64,000 nt of DNA from Paramoeba atlantica (lineage: Eukaryota; Protista; Discosea), in NCBI GenBank assembly GCA_977017575.1, contig CDRNVI010000083.1:62001-126000 (forward strand), given 5' to 3'. The stretch's first letter is position 1; each line of letters starts with the position of its first letter. The notes beneath the pieces were generated by a model that searched no databases, was not told where the DNA came from, and saw only the letters and a list, made by a program, of their open reading frames with translations. Shown piece by piece: positions 30,332 through 39,881 of the stretch. The translations under genes were made by a program, and so were the position numbers.

Positions 30332-31080
30332 ACTGCACAACTCAGGATTGTTCTTTAGTTTGTTCGTTCATGCACTTATAGTGCAGAGATTATGCTCACA
30401 AAGTCGGTGCCCGCATACGGCGGGTGGATCAAGTGTGGGTTCGCCCTCGCCGGAGGTGTGCGGGTGCAGAGAGCTGGGGTCCCAGGTGCAGAGAGCTCGG
30501 TTGTCATGCGCAGGTGCAGAGAGCCGGTTGCGTATTCTCCATATTACAGTTTCGGGGGCAATCCGGGTGCAGAGAGCTGCGACAGAGCCGAGGTGCAGAG
30601 AGCTGGGCGACCCCCAGGTGCGGAGAGCCGGGAGTCTCGTCGGCGGAGGACACGCCTAGTGGTCCTCAAGGGAGGCCACCGTGACGCATGGCCTCTTCGG
30701 AAAGGTAACTGCGAGAGAAGGGGAAGCTGAGAGAGGGAAGCACACTCACTCCAGGGGAGTGAGTCGGGAAGGGATGAAGGGGTGGAAGCGCGTCCCCTGC
30801 TTCAACAATAGAGAGGGACAGTTTCGGCCTTAGTGCCGGCCGGCAACGGGCATGAAAATACAGTAAGAGTATGCCCGTTGCCGGGGAAAGAAAGGATGAA
30901 CTAAGGAAAAAGTACCAACAAGGTACAGAAACTGTATCCAGCGCCCACAAATCTGGGGGAAGCGAGTGTAAATCTACGTTGCCTTCGAATTGATTGTCGT
31001 TGAGAATCAGCCGCTGAAGGGCAAGGGGGAGATTATGAAGTCGTACTTTTCCCGAAAAAGTATTGTGCTGCAAATCCATT
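30332..31080 (-). pseudogene. Third, fragmented copy of the 16496-17245 LRR gene, split by an insertion
   Basis: 30939-31080 matches ~16622-16763; 30332-30353 matches ~16592-16613; in the intact gene these are 8 bp apart. Confidence 0.85.
30358..30938 (-). other. ~580-bp insert starting with a spliced-leader-like exon end plus GT; contains six GCTCTCTGCACC repeats and hairpins
   Basis: Minus strand from the junction: GATACAGTTTCTGTACCTTGTTG|GTAC; 14-bp stem CCGGCAACGGGCAT/ATGCCCGTTGCCGG; A-rich end AACGAACAAACTAA. Confidence 0.65.
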
Positions 31081-31422
31081 ATTTGTAAAGGGGGGTTCGG
31101 ATATATATTACGCTTTTTTTTTGGTAATATAAATCTGTTTGGTAATATAAATCTGTTATATTACCAAACAGATTTATATTACCAAAAGTATTAAACATTC
31201 AAATTCAAAATTGGCTCGAATTCTAGTCTGGTACGCTTATGAGTTCCCTTTTCTCAAATCCGGGGAAATCATAAGCAGGGGGGGTATAGTATAAGACAAG
31301 AAAGTGCAACATTCTCGACATAAAGAGAAGAATATTCTGGGTGAATCCTATGGTGAATACACCCCTCAAATAACACTATTAAATAGGGGGATAGCACTCG
31401 AAATGGTCCGCGCGCTCAAAAC

Positions 31423-32172
31423 CTACTTGGAAATCTTAATTTGGGTATTTCCCCAATCTGCGCCATAGCACACAATCCAATCCATCAATTCAAATGGCAA
31501 TTTCCGCAAACAGACATCACTGCACAACTCAGGATTGTTCCTTAACCTCAGCGCCCACAAATCTGGGGGAAGCGAGTGTAAATCTACGTTGCCTTCGAAT
31601 TGATTGTCGTTGAGAATCAGCCGCTGCAGGGCAAGAGGGAGATTATGAAGTCGTAGTTTTCCCGAAAAAGAGTTGTGTTGCAAATCCATTCTTTGTAGAT
31701 TCGCAGGTAATTGGCTGAGGCATATGCCCCCTGAAAATTGATTCCACCCAAAATCGGCACTTTCCAGACTTGTGGGAAGAAGAGACAAATCCAGTGAACC
31801 TGTGTGAGTGTTGTGAGATAAATTTATACGTTCCAATTTAGAAGGCAATGTGTCTAGGTGAACGTCTCCGGCCAATTTATTCCCTTCCGCGTTGAAACTC
31901 AATACAGAGGTTGGCACATATTTAAACTGTAGTTGACCGCATAATTGAGCGTGAGACCAGTAAATAGTAACTATTTCCTTCTGCTCGTCACACTCTACAT
32001 CTCTCCATTCACAGGACGGCGTATCCAACGACCAAGTGGGGTCAGGGTTTGTTATTTTTTCTATGACCTTCACAAGATTGTATTCCTGAGGTAGATTGAC
32101 AGCACTAACCTTTGCGGGGCGTGTGCTCCCCTGCATATCCATGGAATTTAAATGTAAACACAAGCAAAACAA
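31423..32172 (-). CDS. LRR family protein (duplicate of 16496-17245)
   Basis: 249 aa with only a few substitutions relative to the first copy. Confidence 0.88.
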   Translation of the reverse strand: MFCLCLHLNSMDMQGSTRPAKVSAVNLPQEYNLVKVIEKITNPDPTWSLDTPSCEWRDVECDEQKEIVTIYWSHAQLCGQLQFKYVPTSVLSFNAEGNKLAGDVHLDTLPSKLERINLSHNTHTGSLDLSLLPTSLESADFGWNQFSGGICLSQLPANLQRMDLQHNSFSGKLRLHNLPLALQRLILNDNQFEGNVDLHSLPPDLWALRLRNNPELCSDVCLRKLPFELMDWIVCYGADWGNTQIKISK

Positions 32173-32417
32173 TTTCCCAATATTTTTTATGACGTTACGA
32201 AGTTTAATCGTGGAAGAGATGTTTCAATAACACGACAGAAAAGAAAGAGAGGAGCAAGGCTGTATGCCAACAATAGATTATGGGACTACCAAGGTACTGT
32301 CACCACCACCTTTATACTTCAGGGGGGTCAACACCCCCCTTCATACTTCCGTTTTCACCCAGACGAAAAATCAGCCGCCCCCCTTTATACTTCCGGTCAA
32401 AAACAATTCTACCATAC

Positions 32418-32664
32418 CAGCAAAGGTATGAGAAATGTCGATTAATCATAGCAGACGAAGTTTCAATGATCAGCAAGTGTTTCCTTGCCTGTATCAACAC
32501 TAGACTGCAGCAAATCAAAGGCAATGAGCAGCTTCCCTATGGAGGCATCAACATGCTCTTTGTTGGAGATTTTTATCAGCTGAGACCAGTACAAGGAGCG
32601 TCTCTTACCATAGAAGATAGCTCTCCTGGTAATAATCCCATTTTTGAGAATATTTTTCAAGTCT
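32418..32664 (+). pseudogene. PIF1-family (possibly Helitron-type) helicase fragment
   Basis: [11 protein letters not shown]...[29 protein letters not shown]; no Walker A upstream. Confidence 0.8.
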
Positions 32665-32898
32665 CGTATGTGTTTGATCTCCGGGCGGGCCCTTCAAAAA
32701 AAGATATCAGAAGCTTGTTTCCTTCAAAATTACATGTCACGAGGTAAAGCACTCCCCGCGGCAGCGGGTCTGCACCCTCTCGAAGGGCCCTCCGGGCAGG
32801 CCCTTCAAAAACAAGACTTCTACGTTCATGTATTGCTTTTTAAGTTGAATGTTTCTAGACTCAGCTTGATTTTTTTGAAAACTTTCTTTGAAATTACT

Positions 32899-33229
32899 AT
32901 GGCCTCGGCGGAGAATCAATCAACCAATGGTAACGACATTTCCGACAAGGAAAGAGATACAAAGCGCAAAAGAGATGATTACTTAGAATCTCTACACGTT
33001 TTGCGCTCTGCGCGCGGAGCGTGACGAGCGCTCAATCACAATAGAACACCTTCCCTCCTCTACGACTAAAGAGGACCTTACCAAGCATTACGCTTCGTAT
33101 GGTGAAATCGATTGTATAACAATCGTATCAAAAAAGTGACTGGCGCACGTGTGTTTTAGCACTACGGAAGAAGCGAAGCGCGCATCGAGCATTTACTTCA
33201 AAGGGAAAAGAAGAGAAACGGATACTTAA
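32899..33229 (+). pseudogene. RRM protein pseudogene, PABP2/PABPN1-like, copy 1
   Basis: After a frameshift near 33015: ERDERSITIEHLPSSTTKEDLTKHYASYGEIDCITIVSKK*LAHVCFSTTEEAKRA (TGA at 33137). Confidence 0.7.
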
Positions 33230-34042
33230 ATTTCTGAATAAGTGTGTAAGAAGACGTTTGAAAGTGAAAGTTGGTTTAAAATTTTGAAGTCATGATTCGA
33301 AGGTTAGCGAAGGAAAGAAAACACTTTTCTTTCGAGAAATTTTCGGCTTAAATTCGTCCACAGCACCGTTTTTTTACGATTCATCGCATCAAAGTTTTTC
33401 TGTGGTTTTACTTTGTGTCTCGGAAACCCTCTGTAAGTATTCGTAACTTTGCATTTTCTAAACTCAAATAAATACAATTGAAACCAAATTTGTTAAAAAA
33501 ATGTTTACATTTACATAGCAGATCTACGTTTGCAGTCATCACTTCTTCTATTTTTAGCCTGATCATTCAACAAATATGCTTTTGATGACTGAATTAGTGC
33601 ATATCCAACGTACTGTCAGAAAAGCGTTCCGACATGGCATTAACTGCACCCCTGGCGTAAACCAAATGAATCAAAACGAAGAAGTAAACCCACGAGGTAA
33701 ATCCCCCCCCCCTTCAAAAGCCGGGGTGAATTCAAGGGCCTTTCAAAAAAAGAGGTCTCCACCCTGCTTCGTTCAAAATCGTGCGAACCGAAGGAAAACA
33801 CATGTGAGCGGAAATATGCAAAAACAACCCTATTTTTGCCCAACTATCGGCTCTTTTTGGACCAAATCCAGAATTATCCCTCTGGTTCCTTTTACTCTCC
33901 TGTCAAATTTTTCTTTTCTAGGCTCTTCGTTAAACGCGGTAAAGGAAAGAAATATAAAAGGGGGATCGTTCATGTATTGCTTTTTAAGTTGAATGTTTCT
34001 AGACTCAGCTTGATTTTTTTGAAAACTTTCTTTGAAATTACT

Positions 34043-34373
34043 ATGGCCTCGGCGGAGAATCAATCAACCAATGGTAACGACATTTCCGACAAGGAAAGAG
34101 ATACAAAGCGCAAAAGAGATGATTACTTAGAATCTCTACACGTTTTGCGCTCTGCGCGCGGAGCGTGACGAGCGCTCAATCACAATAGAACACCTTCCCT
34201 CCTCTACGACTAAAGAGGACCTTACCAAGCATTACGCTTCGTATGGTGAAATCGATTGTATAACAATCGTATCAAAAAAGTGACTGGCGCACGTGTGTTT
34301 TAGCACTACGGAAGAAGCGAAGCGCGCATCGAGCATTTACTTCAAAGGGAAAAGAAGAGAAACGGATACTTAA
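34043..34373 (+). pseudogene. RRM protein pseudogene, copy 2
   Basis: Same sequence and same lesions as copy 1. Confidence 0.7.
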
Positions 34374-35061
34374 ATTTCTGAATAAGTGTGTAAGAAGACG
34401 TTTGAAAGTGAAAGTTGGTTTAAAATTTTGAAGTCATGATTCGAAGGTTAGCGAAGGAAAGAAAACACTTTTCTTTCGAGAAATTTTCGGCTTAAATTCG
34501 TCCACAGCACCGTTTTTTTACGATTCATCGCATCAAAGTTTTTCTGTGGTTTTACTTTGTGTCTCGGAAACCCTCTGTAAGTATTCGTAACTTTGCATTT
34601 TCTAAACTCAAATAAATACAATTGAAACCAAATTTGTTAAAAAAATGTTTACATTTACATAGCAGATCTACGTTTGCAGTCATCACTTCTTCTATTTTTA
34701 GCCTGATCATTCAACAAATATGCTTTTGATGACTGAATTAGTGCATATCCAACGTACTGTCAGAAAAGCGTTCCGACATGGCATTAACTGCACCCCTGGC
34801 GTAAACCAAATGAATCAAAACGAAGAAGTAAACCCACGAGGTAAATCCCCCCCCCCTTCAAAAGCCGGGGTGAATTCAAGGGCCTTTCAAAAAAAGAGGT
34901 CTCCACCCTGCTTCGTTCAAAATCGTGCGAACCGAAGGAAAACACATGTGAGCGGAAATATGCAAAAACAACCCTATTTTTGCCCAACTATCGGCTCTTT
35001 TTGGACCAAATCCAGAATTATCCCTCTGGTTCCTTTTACTCTCCTGTCAAATTTTTCTTTT

Positions 35062-35775
35062 CTAGGCTCTTCGTTAAACGCGGTAAAGGAAAGAAATATA
35101 AAAGGGGGATCCGGTGGTCCAAAATTGAAAACAAAAATTGAAAAAACTGGGGGGTCCATGGGGGGGGGGGGCATACCCTACCCGGGGGTGACCCCCCCTC
35201 GTATCCGCAAGACGGGTCCGTCAAGTTCCGATTTTTTCGGAAAAAACAATTTGAAAAAATTTTCAACTTGACGAAAAAATTGGTAAAAAGAATATTTTTC
35301 CAAAGTTGTTTCGCCTATTGTATTTTTATAGTTCGGGACCTATTCTAGCTTTTCACGTCATTGGTTTTGCGAGGTGTCGCTTCTTGAAGCCGTGGTACGC
35401 CTCCCAAAATATCCCATTTCTGATCAAAAAATGCGAAAAAGCAATTTTTGGACACCAAGAGGTCTTTTTGGGTCGTACGAATCGTGTGGTTGGAGTCGCA
35501 TTCTCTACCCAATACGTTCTGTAGCCTCGAATGCATGCCTACGAGTCATTTCCCACACGCAAATGTCGACTTTAGTGCTCTATATACAAAAATCACCCCA
35601 TTTTCATCTAAAAATCGGCTATTTTTGGCTCAAATCCTTCCGTTTTCTTCAGCGTCTCTGGCTAATTTTCCTGTTTTAGGCTCTTTTAAACGCGGTGGTA
35701 GTTTTCAACGCGAAGCGCGCAGCATGAGTGACTTCTAAGTTAAAAACAACCACCGCATTTAACGAAGAGTCTAAA
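35062..35775. repeat. Left arm plus hairpin A of the modular element (diverged)
   Basis: Colinear with 23440-24252. Confidence 0.8.
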
Positions 35776-35779
35776 ACAG

Positions 35780-36975
35780 GTTGCGGTGGTTGTATAACTA
35801 CCGCTCTACCCTCGATTATTGAAAAAAAGTGAACAAAAACAGTGAAAATATAAAGAGAAACACAGTAATATAATACAGATATATAGAAGAAAAAAATATA
35901 AAATGGGGCTCCGGTGGTCCAAAACAGAAAAAAAAATTGAAAAAAATGGGGGGTCCATGGGGGGGCTCCATGGGTGGGGCATACGTCGTTTTTTGAAATT
36001 TTCAATCTTGATTTTCGAGATCGAGCGCAGGGAAGAGGTAGAGTAGGCCGCGGCGATGACTTTCCACCCCCCACCTGGGGGTACCCCCCCCACTGTTACG
36101 CGTAGGAGGGGTCCGACAAGGTCAAAAATTCCGAAATTTTTGGGATGACCAAAAAAAAAATTTTTGACCCGAAAAAAGTAAAAATATTAGTTTTCCGAAA
36201 TCGACTTCTAAACCGTATTTGAAGAGTTTGGCACCTCACCTACCATTCTACGACGTTTTGTTCGTCAGATTCGACTCCTGCACCTACTGGTCATCAAAAA
36301 AGGCCCAAAATTGGTGTAAAATGTCGCAATTTTTGCCAAAAAATCAAGCTTTTTCATCCAAAAGAGTAGATGGGTACAGACCACTTATATTGCACCCACT
36401 TTCAAAATAATGATATGAATGCATTGAAATCTTTTCTTGCGCAGCGTAACTTCACACTTTATCTCATTTCCTCCTTCCGCCTACTTTACGTCAAAAAAAT
36501 GTTGCAGTATGCTTAAAGTTCGCCACTTTACACGCCAAGTGCCCATGCACAGATAATTTCCTGCGGGCAGATAAAATGCCACGCAAAAAAAGCTTGGCGT
36601 CGGTGCCACATGGCAGTGGCGGGGAAGACCGCTAGGAGGTCCCATGTGAAGCGAGTGGGGGCGCGTTCTCAGAACCAACGTTTGTCCCTTCCGCAGGATT
36701 GTGTACTTGTTTCCCTATGCTGTGTGACCGGGCGTGTGATCCAGTAGCTTTTTAGGTTATGCTGTCCATTTCAACTCTGTGGCACAGTTTGACCCAAAAA
36801 ATAGAAAAGTGGGTGCAATATAAGTGGGCATTACCCGAGTAGATTATTCATGATCTTTCGGAAATTTTTCTTTTTTGGGCTCGTCGTTAAACGCGGTGGT
36901 AGTTTTCAACGCGGAGCGCGCAGCATGAATGACTTCTAAGTTGAAAACAACCACCGCGTTTAACGAAGAACCTAA
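35780..36975 (-). repeat. TIR plus right arm plus hairpin A of the modular element, with a nested MITE
   Basis: Reverse complement of 24290-24995, interrupted at 36372-36836. Confidence 0.8.
36372..36836. mobile_element. MITE with GGGTA termini, ~30-bp TIRs and 8-bp TSD (Merlin- or hAT-like)
   Basis: GAGTAGAT|GGGTACAGACCACTTATATTGCACCCACTT...AAGTGGGTGCAATATAAGTGGGCATTACCC|GAGTAGAT. Confidence 0.8.
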
Positions 36976-37051
36976 AATAAAAACAAAGTAAAGGTAAGGT
37001 GGTTTTCAAGCAAAAAGAATCGACTTTTCTAATCTTGCAAATATTACATTA

Positions 37052-37401
37052 AAGGGGGGGTTCGTCTATTATTAACAAACCTTTTTGTTAATAATAGACG
37101 GTTTGTTAATAATAGATGAAATAATACCCCCTTTTTCAATAATAGATGAACTTTTCACCTATTATTAACAATAGACCTTTTCGGCTTATTTTAGGCTCGT
37201 TTCCTACCCTTGTCCCCAAGAATAACCCCACTTTTACGAAAAAAAGCTCCATGAAAGTCAGTTTTAGCGAATTTTCCTTTAGGGAAGCTGCGAAAAAAGA
37301 AGAAAATTAATTCTTGTTAACAATGGATGAATGTTAATAATAGATGAAATAATACCATTTTTAATAATAGATGGTTGTTAATAATAGACGAACCCCCCCT
37401 T
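37052..37401. mobile_element. 350-bp TA-flanked MITE
   Basis: TA|AAGGGGGGGTTCGTCTATTATTAAC...GTTAATAATAGACGAACCCCCCCTT|TA; internal TAATAATAGA repeats; related terminus at 31086. Confidence 0.88.
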
Positions 37402-37452
37402 TAGTTAGTATTTTGAAAGGTAGTCTAGATAAGCAACAAGTCGCGGTACATT

Positions 37453-38277
37453 TTAGTAAGCGAAATCTGCTAACGTTTCAGGAATAGTTGTCATATTGAA
37501 TTCCACATAAAGCTTTGCATTGTGTTCAAGATGCAGCCGTCTTAAATTCTTAGGAAGAGAATTTAAAAGAATCGAACCTTCAAATCTATTATTTTCTAAG
37601 TAGAGTTCTTGTAGGGTGGGCGGCAAATGCAGAAAATCTAGAGTACCCGTAAAATGGTTACAAGAAACAGATAAAGCCGTCAATTGTTACGGCAAAGAAA
37701 ATAAATTTATGCTTCCAGAGAGATTATTGTCGTTAATCGTCAGAATTTCTAAGCCAGTAGGCAAGAGGCCTAAATCTACACTCCCTCCAAAATTGTTGTA
37801 TCCCAATCCAAGCGACTGTAATGTGCGCGGCAGGGATCTTAAGTCCAAATTCCCAATAAAGGCATTTCGTGATAAGTTAAGAGACAGGAGCCCCGGAGGT
37901 AATTCGTTCAATTGAACCGTCCCGGTAAGACTATTCCGATGCGCGGTAAAGAAGAGTAGTGTAGAGGGAAGCCAACCCCAGTGCGGGGACCCAGAAAGGC
38001 AATAGTATCCCCAATTGATATCTCTGACAAGTTCGGCTTCGTCACAGAAAACGCCATCCCAATTGCGAACTGGTGTTGCAGTGTCCCATATTTCATGCTT
38101 CACGTTCTCGACGAAGTGAGCAAGTTCATATTCTTGTGGCATGGTAGCCCCACGTATTCTACCGACACAGCTTTGCAACACATCGTCTCTTGCTCTAACA
38201 ATGTCGAACGGCGCAACAAAAAATAGAAACCGTCGTTGAGGGAAAAGCGTTGGCACATGAGACGAATATGCAATCAA
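37453..38277 (-). pseudogene. LRR family gene with one in-frame TAA at 37687-37689
   Basis: FSLP*QLTALSVSCNHFTG; the same frame continues to 37453. Confidence 0.8.
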
Positions 38278-38949
38278 ACCAGAAAGAAATATAAATCAAT
38301 CCAGATAAATGAAAAGATCACCCATACAGTAGTATTATTGAGGGATAGAAAGAGGAAGAAAGAGGAAGTACTACACATGTAAAAAAGTCTCGATTAAAAG
38401 AAATTGACCCCCAAACTCCAAAATCCAGAGGGGGGGTATGTTATCCACCCCTGTTCACGATAACATACCCCCCGGTATGTTATCGCGTTACAGGTATGTT
38501 ATCCCGGGCCCCCGTTTACCTGGTTTCGACGAATAAAAATCCTTCCTTCGTGATTGCGAAGGCGGATTTCTATCGCAGAAACCAGGTCGTTGCGTTTTTC
38601 TTTTACGCTTTGGGAAATGTATAAAAAATGCAAAGTAAAACACATTTTTAAAAATAAACTAATAGAAATCGGAAAAAAGTGGTTCTGTGTAAGTCTGTGT
38701 GAATTCGTGTAGATCCGTGTAGGTTCGTGTAGTTTTTTTTGGAACCCCAACCTAGCCCATCTGCAGACGCTCCTATGATCACCCGGTGGGGAGGGGGGGG
38801 GGCAGGGGGTACCCATCGGAATTGTTGAAAAACTAGTGATCTTGTCACTCAATTCGATTCATAAGTCTTTGTAAACAGTTTTTTCGAAAACTCACCTAAA
38901 ACGATATCGGACACGAAATCGGGCCACAAATCGGGCACGACGAATTAAC

Positions 38950-39392
38950 CTACGGTAGCGAGGGAGCAGTATCTCCCTCAATAGATAGTTTTAAAAAAGA
39001 AAAACATACTTTTTCTTCAGAAGCGATTTGCAAACCCAATTTGCCAGATTTTTTCAACTGGAAGTGCGGGATACGCAAGACCATAGAGGAAGGAGGAGGC
39101 GCAAGGCAAAAAGGAAGTAGGCTCCGCCTTCTGTCTTTTTGCCGCAACGACGATGACTTCCTAGCGTGGGAAGCCGTAAGGAGTCCTAGGAAACATGTTT
39201 TTACTATGTAACCCAGGGTAAAGTGGACGAGGGAGATACCAATAGTGTAGGTGCGGCAGTTTCACACAAGAAAAACGGTATCTCCCTTATAGCATGAAGA
39301 CAGGCGCCTAAAAAGGTGGAGATGCCGTTTTTCCTGTGGGAAACTGCCGCACCTACATTATTGGTATCTCCCTCGTCCACTTTACCCTGGTT
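38950..39392. repeat. Family B repeat: body plus ~180-bp hairpin (39210-39392)
   Basis: AACCCAGGGTAAAGTGGACGAGGGAGATACC...GGTATCTCCCTCGTCCACTTTACCCTGGTT; inverted copy at 58255-58680; diverged piece at ~15970-16105. Confidence 0.85.
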
Positions 39393-39881
39393 TCAAGCGT
39401 AGGAAAACATGCGTACACGATTGTACACGAAACGGAATTGAGAAAATTCAATATTAAAAAGCCAATCCCACCAAACTCGACTACCTGAGCTTCGAGTCTT
39501 ATTGAATTGTACAAAATTTCCACACTCCAGTCATGATACAAATCATAAAGCGTTTTCTGGAACCAGATAACAAACCAAATGCTAATCTCAAATAGCTGGT
39601 TCGAACTCACTGCACTGCTAAAATTTCTTCTAGGATTCCCTGATGTGATGCTGCCATACGTGTGAGATACTCTAGCAATGCGTCACTCTTCAAAGCGAAA
39701 CACTCTTGTGCAATTTTGAACATTTAATTCTTCCGAACAAAACTTCTCTAGTCAAAATGCATAAAAACATCATAAAACATCATTCCGGTGAAGTGACACC
39801 TGAAGACAGCGCAAGAGCTAGGAACTTGCTAATGGGCTTCGACAAAAAATACCGAAGAAAATGTCGCACCATAGACAAAAG

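Larger units (their letters stand above)
32823..35110. repeat. Direct tandem duplication of a 1144-bp unit
   Basis: 32823-33966 appears identical to 33967-35110 by eye; ORFs recur at exactly +1144. Confidence 0.92.

Noticed and set aside
30463-30628. CRISPR-like array (GGTGCAGAGAGC with variable spacers)
   Set aside because: Repeat is only 12 bp, spacers vary about 10-41 bp, no cas genes, eukaryotic context
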